Of a stretch of 32,000 bases of DNA, positions 12,402 through 20,669 are shown piece after piece. The stretch is from Synechococcus sp. A15-24 (lineage in GTDB: Bacteria; Cyanobacteriota; Cyanobacteriia; PCC-6307; Cyanobiaceae). Within the stretch, counting starts at the first letter, position 1. The number at the start of each line of letters is the position of its first letter. The stretch covers positions 180,001 through 212,000 of the forward strand of contig NZ_CP047960.1 of the NCBI RefSeq assembly GCF_014280195.1, in the 5' to 3' direction. The notes under the pieces were generated by a model. The model worked only from the letters and a program-made list of their open reading frames with translations. It did not search any database and was not told where the DNA came from. A program made the position numbers and the translations under genes.

Positions 12402-12426
12402 GCCCGGCTTGTGCCGGGCTTTTTTT
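12402..12426 (+). terminator. Intrinsic terminator after psaC
   Basis: A perfect 7-bp GC stem GCCCGGC-TTGT-GCCGGGC (12402-12419) is followed by T7 (12420-12426). Confidence 0.75.
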
Positions 12427-14316
12427 ATGTGCGGAATCGTTGCCCTGGTGGGGTCCCAGCCTGCAGCGCCACAGTTGCTTGAGGGTCTGCGGCAACTGGA
12501 GTACCGCGGATACGACTCTTCTGGCGTGGCGACGGTCAACCGTGAGGGACGACTCACCTGTCTGCGGGCCAAAGGCAAGCTCGTCAACCTCAGTCAGCGT
12601 GTGGAGGCCATCGGGGCCCCCGGGCAGTGCGGCATCGGCCACACCCGTTGGGCCACTCACGGCAAACCGGAGGAGCACAACGCTCACCCCCACTGCAGTG
12701 CCGATGGAGGGGTCGCTGTGGTGCAGAACGGCATCATCGAAAACCACCGGCAGCTCCGGGATGGCCTTGAAGCTGGCGGCGTGGTGTTCCAGTCGGAAAC
12801 GGACACCGAGGTCATCCCTCATCTGGTGTCCGCTGAACTTCACCGAAGCCTCCAGAACGGCGAACAGCCCAGCGGTTCCACCTTGCTTCAGGCGGTGCAG
12901 GCCGTGCTGCCCCAACTGCAGGGGGCCTACGCCCTGGCGGTGATCTGGGAGCAGACTCCTGGCGCTCTGGTGGTGGCCCGCCGGGCTGCCCCCTTGTTAA
13001 TCGGCCTGGGTGAGGGCGAGTTCCTCTGTGCCAGCGACACCCCGGCTCTGGCCGGATTCACCCGCACGATCCTGCCGATGGAGGACGACGAAGTGGCCCT
13101 GTTGTCGCCGCTGGGGGTGGAGCTCTACGACGGCGACGGCGTGCGTCAGCAGCGGATGCCGACCCTGCTGACAGGAATGAACCACATGGCGGACAAGCGG
13201 GAGTTCCGCCATTTCATGCTCAAGGAAATCCATGAGCAGCCAGAGACGGCGGCACTGTGGGTGTCTCGCCATCTGCCAGCGGGGCTGCCGGCATCGATGC
13301 CCGTGGCCTTGCCGTTTGATGAGGCCTTTTATGCCGGCATCGAACGAATCGAGATCCTGGCCTGCGGCACCAGTCGCCATGCGGCTCTGGTGGGTGCCCA
13401 TTTGCTGGAGCAATTCGCAGGATTGCCCACGGCCGTTCACTACGCCAGTGAATTTCGATACGCCCCGCCGCCGCTGGCCCCTAATACCCTCACGATTGGT
13501 GTCACCCAATCTGGCGAAACAGCCGACACCCTTGCGGCCTTGGCGATGGAGGCCCAGCGCCGCACCACCCACCCTGACCCGGCCTATGCACCGCGCCAGC
13601 TGGGGGTGACCAACCGTCCAGAGAGTTCGCTCTCCCGTCAGGTTCCCCATGTCTTGGACATCGGTGCCGGCATTGAAGTGGGCGTGGCGGCCACCAAAAC
13701 GTTCATAGGACAGCTGTTGGCCTTCTATGGCCTGGCGATGGCCTTCGCAGCACGCCGCGGCAGTCGTTCAGCCGCTGAAATCCAGACGCTGGTGGATGAA
13801 TTGCGCATGCTTCCCCAGCAGCTACAGGAGTTGGTGTCGCTCCATGATCAGCGCTCAGAAGCCTTGGCCCATCGCTTTGCCGAAACCCAGGACGTGATCT
13901 TCCTGGGTCGGGGCATCAACTACCCCATCGCGCTGGAGGGTGCTCTCAAGCTCAAAGAGATCAGCTACATCCATGCCGAGGGCTATCCGGCTGGTGAGAT
14001 GAAGCACGGTCCTATTGCCCTGTTGGATGCCCATGTTCCGGTCGTGTCCATCGCGGTGCCGGGAACAGTGTTCGAGAAAGTGCTCAGCAACGCCCAGGAG
14101 GCCAAGGCCCGCGATGCTCGCTTGATTGGTGTGGCCCCAGAGGGACCTGACACGGCGCTGTTTGATGACTTGCTGCCGGTGCCGGAGGTGAGCGAGTGGA
14201 TCAGCCCGTTGCTGACGGTGGTGCCCATGCAGCTGTTGAGTTACCACATCGCAGCCCATCGGGGCCTGGATGTGGACCAACCCCGCAATCTGGCTAAGAG
14301 TGTGACTGTGGAGTGA
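12427..14316 (+). CDS. glmS: Glutamine--fructose-6-phosphate aminotransferase (isomerizing)
   Basis: The canonical MCGIV N-terminus (catalytic Cys2) is present, with GHTRWATHG, two SIS domains (GTSRHAA, GVTQSGETADT, ISYIHAEGYPAGEMKHGP) and the C-terminal KSVTVE. Confidence 0.95.
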   Translation: MCGIVALVGSQPAAPQLLEGLRQLEYRGYDSSGVATVNREGRLTCLRAKGKLVNLSQRVEAIGAPGQCGIGHTRWATHGKPEEHNAHPHCSADGGVAVVQNGIIENHRQLRDGLEAGGVVFQSETDTEVIPHLVSAELHRSLQNGEQPSGSTLLQAVQAVLPQLQGAYALAVIWEQTPGALVVARRAAPLLIGLGEGEFLCASDTPALAGFTRTILPMEDDEVALLSPLGVELYDGDGVRQQRMPTLLTGMNHMADKREFRHFMLKEIHEQPETAALWVSRHLPAGLPASMPVALPFDEAFYAGIERIEILACGTSRHAALVGAHLLEQFAGLPTAVHYASEFRYAPPPLAPNTLTIGVTQSGETADTLAALAMEAQRRTTHPDPAYAPRQLGVTNRPESSLSRQVPHVLDIGAGIEVGVAATKTFIGQLLAFYGLAMAFAARRGSRSAAEIQTLVDELRMLPQQLQELVSLHDQRSEALAHRFAETQDVIFLGRGINYPIALEGALKLKEISYIHAEGYPAGEMKHGPIALLDAHVPVVSIAVPGTVFEKVLSNAQEAKARDARLIGVAPEGPDTALFDDLLPVPEVSEWISPLLTVVPMQLLSYHIAAHRGLDVDQPRNLAKSVTVE

Positions 14317-14334
14317 TTTAAATCGGCGGATCCC

Positions 14335-15459
14335 ATGGCCCGACAGGTCCGTCGCAGCAGCAATGCGGTCAAGACGCGCCGGTTGAGTGAACGACCGGGC
14401 GATCTGCCTGGGCCGTTGTTCGTTCATGGCGGCCTCGCACCGACGGGCCTTTCTGCGCTGTGTTTAGAGGCAGAGGGTGTGAGCACCCACTTGGCGTTGA
14501 CCCTCGAGCAATTGCAGGATCTGCTCCAGCGGGGTGAGCCGCTCTGGGTCCGGATCAAGGGACTGGGAAGCCCTGATCTGCTGGCCGATGTGATCTCAAT
14601 GCTGCGGGTCCCTGATGCTCTCCAGCCGGTGTTGGTGGAAACGCCTCAGCGCACGCTGGTGGATGCCGTTGGAGACGTGCTTCAGGTGGTGATCCATCGC
14701 CTCAGCATGGGGGCCAGCGGTCGGGTGATCAGCGAGCAGGTGGGTGTGGTTCTGATGCCGAATCTGGTGCTCACCGTTGAGGAAGTGCCGCGCCGGATGG
14801 CCTTTCCTGAATTCACCGAGTGGTTGGTGAAGCTGCCGGATTCGCCGGATCGTTCCCTGCTGGACGACATTTTTTTCTTCCTCCTGGATGAGGTGCTGGA
14901 TGAGGTGCTGCCGCTGTTGGAGGATCTCGCCGAGGAACTGGATCAGCTCGAAGAGGCATCGCTGCGACGCCCCACGCCGCGGCTGCTGCGACAGGCCTAC
15001 GACATCCGCTCCGACCTGCGCCGGGTTCGAACCGTGGTGTGGCCCCTGCGCAGCCAGCTGATTGTGTTGGTCCGGCAGGGCAAACGACTGCTGGATCGAG
15101 AAGCCGTTCGCGGTTTCCGGGAGGTGAGCACCCACGTGGATGGGGTGTTCGAAACCGCTGAAGTGCTGCGGCACCAGTGCGATGGCGTGACCGCCAGCTA
15201 CATGGCCAGCATCAGCAACCGTATGAATCAGGTGATGAAGGTGCTCACGGTGATCTCAAGCATTTTTGTGCCGTTGACGTTCATCGCTGGTGTGTACGGC
15301 ATGAATTTCGATCCGGAGGTGTCCCCCTGGAACATGCCGGAGCTGGAGTGGCCCTATGGCTATGTCCTTTGCATGGTGGTTATGGGTCTGATCTCTCTGA
15401 CCCAGGTGATTTGGTTTCGCCGTCAGGGCTGGTTTCAGGACTGGACGGGCATGCGCTGA
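14335..15459 (+). CDS. corA: CorA-family divalent cation (Mg2+/Co2+) transporter
   Basis: The C-terminal signature is FVPLTFIAGVYGMNF (GMN motif), followed by a second TM helix, after a long soluble N-domain. Confidence 0.85.
   Translation: MARQVRRSSNAVKTRRLSERPGDLPGPLFVHGGLAPTGLSALCLEAEGVSTHLALTLEQLQDLLQRGEPLWVRIKGLGSPDLLADVISMLRVPDALQPVLVETPQRTLVDAVGDVLQVVIHRLSMGASGRVISEQVGVVLMPNLVLTVEEVPRRMAFPEFTEWLVKLPDSPDRSLLDDIFFFLLDEVLDEVLPLLEDLAEELDQLEEASLRRPTPRLLRQAYDIRSDLRRVRTVVWPLRSQLIVLVRQGKRLLDREAVRGFREVSTHVDGVFETAEVLRHQCDGVTASYMASISNRMNQVMKVLTVISSIFVPLTFIAGVYGMNFDPEVSPWNMPELEWPYGYVLCMVVMGLISLTQVIWFRRQGWFQDWTGMR
14884..14907 (+). repeat. Perfect in-frame 12-nt tandem duplication (CTGGATGAGGTG x2) inside corA
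   Basis: Read directly: ctggatgaggtg ctggatgaggtg ctg, encoding LDEV-LDEV-L. Confidence 0.9.
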
Positions 15460-16895
15460 TCGCTGCGGCCGTAGCGGTCCTCGAAGCGCACGATGTCGTC
15501 TTCGCCGAGATATTCACCGCTCTGCACTTCGATCAGCTCCACTGGGATGCGACCGGGGTTGGACAGGCGGTGTTTGCAGCCCAGCGGGATGTAGGTGCTC
15601 TGGTTTTCACCCACCAGTTGCTGTTCACCATCCCGCTCCACCAGGGCCGTGCCTTTCACCACCACCCAGTGCTCAGCCCGGTGATGGTGCATCTGCAATG
15701 ACAGGCTGGCGCCGGGGTTCACCGAAATACGTTTTACCTGCCAGCGGTTGCCCTCGGTGACGCCGGTGTAGGCACCCCAGGGGCGGTAAATCTTGCGGTG
15801 GGCCTTGCCTTCCGGGCTGCCATCCGCCTCCAGTTGCTTGACCACCGATTTGATCTCCTGGGCCTTGGAGCGATCGGCGATCAGCACGGCATCGTCCGTT
15901 TCCACCACCACCAGGTTCTCTACGCCAAGACCCACCACCAGGCGGTGTTCGCTGCGCAAATAGCAGTTGCGACTGCCCTTGTTGATCACCCGCCCCTGCA
16001 GCACGTTGCCGTCACCGTCACGGTCCGCGGTTTCCCAGAGCGCACTCCAGCTGCCCACGTCACTCCAGCCGGCATCCAACGGCAGCACTGAACCCAGCTC
16101 CGTCTTCTCCATCACCGCCACATCAATGGCCACGTTGGGGCACTTGGCGAAGGCTTCCCGCTCCAGTCGCAGAAAGTCCAGATCGGCGACGTCCTGTTCA
16201 AGGGCGGCACGGCAACAGCTCACCACCTCCGGTGCCAGGCGCTCAAGCTCCCCCAGCATGGCGCTGGCCCTGAACAGGAACATGCCGCTGTTCCAGGTGA
16301 AGCGGCCGGTGGCCAAGAATTGCTCTGCGGTGGCCCGGTCCGGTTTTTCCACGAAGCGGGCGATCGGCACCTCACCCATGGATTCGCCGCTGAAGGGTTC
16401 GGCTGCCTCGATGTAGCCGTAGCCGGTTTCCGGAGCGGTGGGAACGATCCCGAAGGTCACCAAGCGACCGGCCTCTGCAGCGGATCTACCGGCATCCACC
16501 GCCTGGCGGAATTGCTTCGCATCGCGGATCAAGTGGTCGGCAGCCAGCACCAGCAGCAATGGGTCCTTCCCTTCAGCCGTGGCCTGCAGCGCCGCCACCG
16601 TGACGGCTGGAGCGGTGTTCCGTCCCATTGGTTCCAGCAGGATGGCGTTGGGTTCAACGCCGATCTGCCGCATCTGCTCGGCCACAATGAAGCGATGGTC
16701 TTCATTGCAGATCAGCAACGGTGCCTCGAGGCCATCGAGACCCTCCAGCCGCTGCTGGGTCTGCTGCATCAAGGTGGTGTCGCCATGCCCGCTGAGGGGC
16801 CAGTACTGCTTCGGGTAACTGGCGCGGGACAGGGGCCAGAGCCGTGTGCCTGTGCCACCGCAGAGGATCACAGGGATCAGAGGGGTGCTGGCCAC
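15435..16895 (-). CDS. manC: Bifunctional mannose-1-phosphate guanylyltransferase / mannose-6-phosphate isomerase (type II PMI-GMP)
   Basis: The N-terminal nucleotidyltransferase motif is ILCGGTGTRLWPLSR. The C-terminal cupin PMI motifs are RPWG.Y, QMHHHRAEHWVVVKG and IEVQSGEYLGEDDIVR. Confidence 0.9.
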   Translation of the reverse strand: MASTPLIPVILCGGTGTRLWPLSRASYPKQYWPLSGHGDTTLMQQTQQRLEGLDGLEAPLLICNEDHRFIVAEQMRQIGVEPNAILLEPMGRNTAPAVTVAALQATAEGKDPLLLVLAADHLIRDAKQFRQAVDAGRSAAEAGRLVTFGIVPTAPETGYGYIEAAEPFSGESMGEVPIARFVEKPDRATAEQFLATGRFTWNSGMFLFRASAMLGELERLAPEVVSCCRAALEQDVADLDFLRLEREAFAKCPNVAIDVAVMEKTELGSVLPLDAGWSDVGSWSALWETADRDGDGNVLQGRVINKGSRNCYLRSEHRLVVGLGVENLVVVETDDAVLIADRSKAQEIKSVVKQLEADGSPEGKAHRKIYRPWGAYTGVTEGNRWQVKRISVNPGASLSLQMHHHRAEHWVVVKGTALVERDGEQQLVGENQSTYIPLGCKHRLSNPGRIPVELIEVQSGEYLGEDDIVRFEDRYGRSDQRMPVQS

Positions 16896-16954
16896 GCTGT
16901 GAATCGTTGATTGATCCTAAGAATCGCCTGGGCTGGGACCTTCTGTCGATGGGC

Positions 16955-17488
16955 TCAGAGATCCAGCAGTCCAGGCGGCGGGGTGAGCAGCAACCAGCCC
17001 GCCTCGAGGTGTACCTCAGGCACGATCGATTCCACAAAGGGAATCAGCATCGTGCGACCTGCGGATGTCTTCAGCTCCAGCAGATCGTTGCCACCACTGA
17101 TCAGGTCGGTCACGACTCCGATGGCGGGCTCGTCGGGGTGCAAGCGGCCCTCCAGACCAACAAGATCCAACAGATGGAATTCGCCCTCCTCAAGCTCGGG
17201 GCGGTCACTGGCGGGCACCAGCAGCTCCTGACCCACCAGCGCCTCTGCTGCATCGCGGCTGTCGATGCCCTCCAGGCGCACGATGAACAACGACTTGCCC
17301 GGAAGCTGGCGTCCTTTCTTGAGTTGAACTTCCTTGGGTTCTCCGCCCTTGCGTCCCTGCAGCCAACGGCTGCCAGGGGTGGTGAAGCGTTCCGGGAAAT
17401 CGCTGGCGGGGTTCACCCGAAGTTCACCCTGCAGTCCCTGAGCGCCCACCAGCTTGCCTACGATCAGCCAGTCTTCGCTCTCGGCCAT
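16955..17488 (-). CDS. rimM: 16S rRNA processing protein RimM
   Basis: The 177-aa product starts at [25 protein letters not shown] (RimM N-domain) and has a PRC-barrel-like C-terminus ([18 protein letters not shown]...V). The upstream 90 codons of ORF 16955..17758 overlap ndhS in antisense and are not supported. Confidence 0.9.
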   Translation of the reverse strand: MAESEDWLIVGKLVGAQGLQGELRVNPASDFPERFTTPGSRWLQGRKGGEPKEVQLKKGRQLPGKSLFIVRLEGIDSRDAAEALVGQELLVPASDRPELEEGEFHLLDLVGLEGRLHPDEPAIGVVTDLISGGNDLLELKTSAGRTMLIPFVESIVPEVHLEAGWLLLTPPPGLLDL

Positions 17489-17542
17489 GCGTTCGGGGGG
17501 TGCTCCATCGATAATGACGCCAGAACTGACCTCGCCCGAGCC

Positions 17543-17728
17543 ATGGCGTCTGCTGCTGCACCGATTCTTCCGGGCGCTACGGTCACGGTCCAAGACGTGA
17601 CCTCGATTTACAACGGTTACACCGGTTTCGTGCAGCGCATCAGCGGTGATCGTGCTGCTGTGCTGTTCGAAGGTGGCAACTGGGACAAGCTGGTGACGAT
17701 GCGGTTGAAGGACCTGCAGCCCGCCTAA
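17543..17728 (+). CDS. ndhS: Small SH3-like protein, probable NDH-1 subunit NdhS (61 aa)
   Basis: The product is [61 protein letters not shown]. From memory, the ILPG...Y.G..G.VQR......[14 protein letters not shown] pattern matches cyanobacterial NdhS. In the ORF track the gene is hidden at the 3' end of a 294-aa shadow ORF. Confidence 0.7.
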   Translation: MASAAAPILPGATVTVQDVTSIYNGYTGFVQRISGDRAAVLFEGGNWDKLVTMRLKDLQPA

Positions 17729-17731
17729 TCG

Positions 17732-18556
17732 ATGGCGTCGGATCGCAGCCTGCGACAACGCCTGCGCTCCACGGTGCTGGAGGCAACCACTCCCGCAGGC
17801 AAGCTATACAACGTCTTGATTTTCGGGGCGATCCTGCTCAGCGTTCTGGCCTTGCTGCTGGAGCCGGACCCTCTGGGAAATTCGGCCCTGCGTCAGACCA
17901 ATGTGGTCTGGATCGATGTGGCCCAGAACATCTGTCTGGCTGTGTTTGCGGCCGACTTCGTTCTGCACCTGCTCTTGGTGGAGCAACCGCGGCGATATCT
18001 GTTCAGCTTCTACGGGTTGATTGACGCCTCAGCGGTGCTGTTTTTCTTCGTGCCGCAGATTCGCAGTGAACTGCTGCTGTGGGTGTTCAAGTTCGGGCGC
18101 ATCCTGCGGGTGTTCAAGCTGCTCAAGTTCATTGATGAAGCCCGCGTGCTCGGGCAGGCGTTGCGAGGCAGTGCCCGCACCATCTGCGTTTACCTGTTTT
18201 TTGTCTTCCTGTTGCAGGTGGTGCTGGGGTACTTCATCTTCGTGATTGAAAGTGCCAGCCCAGACTCCCAATTTCAGACGGTGTCGAACGGGGTGTACTG
18301 GGCCATCGTCACGATGACCACCGTGGGCTATGGGGATCTTGTTCCTCAGACGGCTCTTGGACGTTTACTGGCCTCCGTGGTGATGATGCTGGGCTTCGGC
18401 ATCATTGCGATCCCCACCGGGTTGCTCACGGTTTCAGGGGTTCGGCACCAGCAAAAACAGCGGGGAATCACCTGCTCCGCCTGCGGCCGGCAAGGACACA
18501 GTGATGATGCCCGCCACTGTGATCAGTGCGGAACGTCGTTGCCGACAAGGGTCTGA
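17732..18556 (+). CDS. Six-TM voltage-gated-type K+ channel with C-terminal zinc-ribbon tail
   Basis: The selectivity filter is TMTTVGYGD. The S4-like helix has basic residues at every third position ([15 protein letters not shown]). Six hydrophobic segments are present. The C-terminal motif is CSAC-x11-CDQC. Confidence 0.85.
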   Translation: MASDRSLRQRLRSTVLEATTPAGKLYNVLIFGAILLSVLALLLEPDPLGNSALRQTNVVWIDVAQNICLAVFAADFVLHLLLVEQPRRYLFSFYGLIDASAVLFFFVPQIRSELLLWVFKFGRILRVFKLLKFIDEARVLGQALRGSARTICVYLFFVFLLQVVLGYFIFVIESASPDSQFQTVSNGVYWAIVTMTTVGYGDLVPQTALGRLLASVVMMLGFGIIAIPTGLLTVSGVRHQQKQRGITCSACGRQGHSDDARHCDQCGTSLPTRV

Positions 18557-19239
18557 GCGGCTGCGATCGCAGCGTTTTGTTCGGCCTCCTTGCGCGAGCG
18601 TCCGTGGCCTTCGGCCAACACTTGGCTGGCCACACGCACCGTGCTGCGGAATCGCTGTGGATCGCCATGGCTTTGGCTCCGTTCTTCAGTGCTGTACTCC
18701 GGGAGGCCCAATCCCTGACCCTGGCTCCACTCCTGCAGCGTGGTCTTGCCGTTGAAACGATGGGGTGCCGCCAGCACGTCAACACTGGTGCGATGCCAGT
18801 GGGGGGTGAGCCAACCCAGGATCGGCTCAAGGCTGCCGCTTGCTCTGTAGAGGGCTCCGATCAGTGCTTCGGTGGCATCAGCGCGAATCGTCGCTCGAGC
18901 AGCTGCATCACCCAGCGCTTTGGCCCCGAGGAGCAAGCAGGTTTCGATGTCGATCCTTTCCCCCAGCTCCGCCAGCCAGCGATCACTCACGAGCTGGGCG
19001 CGAAGGCTTGAGCTGTCGCCCACGGTCAAATCAGGATGGTGGCGGTCGAGATAGAGCGTTGCCGCAAGACGCAGCACCGCATCGCCGAGGAACTCAAGCC
19101 GCTCGTTGTGGTCGGTTCGTCCGCTCGAGGTATGGGTCATGGCGCGTTCCACCTCCAGAAGGAGGGTCGGGCTGTCCAGGTCCTCCAGGCTTAGCCGCCT
19201 GATCAGGCTCTGCAGAGAGTCACGACGCGCTTGGTCCAC
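18523..19239 (-). CDS. rnc: Ribonuclease III
   Basis: AMTHTS, the catalytic signature NERLEFLGDAVL, a second acidic motif (DATEALIGALY) and a C-terminal dsRBD (GHGRSRKEAEQNAA..A) are present. The only in-frame start after the upstream stop (19279-19281) is the GTG at 19239. Confidence 0.9.
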   Translation of the reverse strand: MDQARRDSLQSLIRRLSLEDLDSPTLLLEVERAMTHTSSGRTDHNERLEFLGDAVLRLAATLYLDRHHPDLTVGDSSSLRAQLVSDRWLAELGERIDIETCLLLGAKALGDAAARATIRADATEALIGALYRASGSLEPILGWLTPHWHRTSVDVLAAPHRFNGKTTLQEWSQGQGLGLPEYSTEERSQSHGDPQRFRSTVRVASQVLAEGHGRSRKEAEQNAAIAAAQTLVGNDVPH

Positions 19240-19246
19240 GGAAATG

Positions 19247-19640
19247 GGGGTGAAAGCAGGACATAAGCCGGGTTCTGTTCACGCCTCCGAAGAGGGTGGG
19301 TGGCTATCTATCTAGGACCGCCGTTACCGACGGCCTCGAGCGGCGCGTTCAAACGGAACGGGGCCAATGGCCAGCCGTCGTTCCTTGGCCTTGCTCCCAG
19401 CCGGGGTTTACCGAGCCAGCACCTCTCGATGCTGCTGGTGCGCTCTTACCGCACCTTTGCACCCTTGCCTGTGCCTGGGGGAATCCCCACGGGGCCATCG
19501 GCGGTGTGTTTCTGTGGCACTCTCCTCACGGTCACCCGCACTGGGCGTTACCCAGCAAGCCTGGCCATCAGGGAGCCCGGACTTTCCTCAGCCGACACTC
19601 AAAGAGATCGGCCGCAACCACCTCGCCTGCTTTCAGCCCA
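19247..19640 (-). ncRNA. rnpB: RNase P RNA (bacterial type A)
   Basis: The minus strand contains the universally conserved P4 strands GAGGAAAGUCCGGGCUCC (reverse complement of ~19571-19590) and ACAGAACCCGGCUUAU (reverse complement of ~19262-19277). GGGUGCAAAGGUGCGGUAAGAGCGCACCAGC (reverse complement of ~19431-19465) and CUAGAUAGAUAGCCACC are also present. The P1 helix is GAAAGCAGG (19626-19634) paired with CCUGCUUUC (19252-19260). The ends are approximate to a few nt. Confidence 0.88.
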
Positions 19641-19674
19641 CATCATGCCTCGCGGGCATAATCGAGGCAGATCG

Positions 19675-19748
<74 letters not shown>

Positions 19749-19840
19749 TCAGGAGCGCCAACATCGGTAGTGGACGCTACATCTAGTGGGGTGGGCAGAC
19801 CGTCCTCCACCGCTAGGGTTGGAGTAACCGGGTGGGTGCC

Positions 19841-20167
19841 ATGACCCAGCTACACGACCTCCGACTGCGCCTTCTCGTACAGCAGGAAAGCGAGCGCATT
19901 GCTGACACCCAACCCACGGATCTCGACCTCTCTGTGGTGCAGGCCAGATGCCTGTGCTGGCTGGCACTGCTGGCGGAGGCCCATGAGGATCAGGCGAGCG
20001 ATGCCGAGCGTCGTGGAGATACAGAACAGGCCATGGGCTGGTTTGCCGATTCGATGCGACTCCGGGATGTGATTGGTGTGGTGTCGTCGATTGAGATTCC
20101 TCTGCCTGGAACCATCGAGGACGATGACAAAAGTTCAGAGGACGACCGCGGACCTCTTGCTGCCTGA
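19841..20167 (+). CDS. Hypothetical acidic protein (108 aa)
   Basis: The ORF is 19832..20167, with the first ATG at 19841 (MTQLHDLRL). Codon third positions look coding-like. The tail is acidic (IEDDDKSSEDD). No family recognised. Confidence 0.5.
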   Translation: MTQLHDLRLRLLVQQESERIADTQPTDLDLSVVQARCLCWLALLAEAHEDQASDAERRGDTEQAMGWFADSMRLRDVIGVVSSIEIPLPGTIEDDDKSSEDDRGPLAA

Positions 20168-20204
20168 TGGGTGGCATAGTGTGAGATGAGATCGAGGGAC
20201 TGCG

Positions 20205-20669
20205 GTGCCGGAAGAGCCCTGTCAATGCCCGGACTGTCAACGGTTTTACCGGGAGCATGACCGGCTGATCCGCGAGTTCCCCACCCTGCGTCAGCAGCAG
20301 GAGTTGAACTGGGCTGCTCTCCAGTCTTTCAGGACCCTGTCTGGACGTGTTCTGGAAGATCTGCAGAAACAGCAGGGTGCACGTCAGCAGCAGGATCAGG
20401 CTGCGGCCAACGCCCGTGGACCGGCAGCTTCAGCGGACGAGTCCAGTGATGGCCTTCAACAGGCCATGGCGGACCTTGAGAACATCAACGCTCATCTGTT
20501 TTCAATCGAAGCACTTATGGAGCGCGTTTTTGATGTGCGCGTTCCTGAAGAGATCGAACAGAAGTTCCGTGAACTTGCCGGTGAGCTTGCTCCCGATCCC
20601 CTCAACGTTGATCGTCTGCGGTTGAACCGCCTTCTGCACCAGACGCCGGATCTACCCGACCGCAGCTGA
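20205..20669 (+). CDS. Hypothetical protein with N-terminal CxCxxC-x6-H knuckle and Gln-rich, coiled-coil-like region (154 aa)
   Basis: It has a GTG start at 20205 and begins MPEEPCQCPDCQRFYREH. A QQQELN...QKQQGARQQQDQ region follows. No internal ATG occurs before about residue 87. No family recognised. Confidence 0.5.
   Translation: MPEEPCQCPDCQRFYREHDRLIREFPTLRQQQELNWAALQSFRTLSGRVLEDLQKQQGARQQQDQAAANARGPAASADESSDGLQQAMADLENINAHLFSIEALMERVFDVRVPEEIEQKFRELAGELAPDPLNVDRLRLNRLLHQTPDLPDRS

Noticed and set aside
16844-17542. The N-terminal ~230 codons of the 294-aa plus-strand ORF 16844..17728.
   Set aside because: This part is antisense to rimM and unrecognisable. Only the last 61 codons, from the ATG at 17543, form the conserved NdhS-like protein.
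18559-18572. A 14-bp perfect palindrome GCTGCGATCGCAGC (HIP1-like GCGATCGC core) just after the K+ channel stop.
   Set aside because: It lies inside the rnc coding sequence, encoding AAIAAA. GCGATCGC is not visibly over-represented in this window. It is probably incidental.
19749-20258. A 169-aa minus-strand ORF overlapping the two hypothetical plus-strand ORFs.
   Set aside because: The translation is Pro/Arg/Ser-rich. It spans the plus-strand intergenic gap and ends at the tRNA. The plus-strand frames have the more gene-like codon pattern. It is not fully excluded without comparative data.
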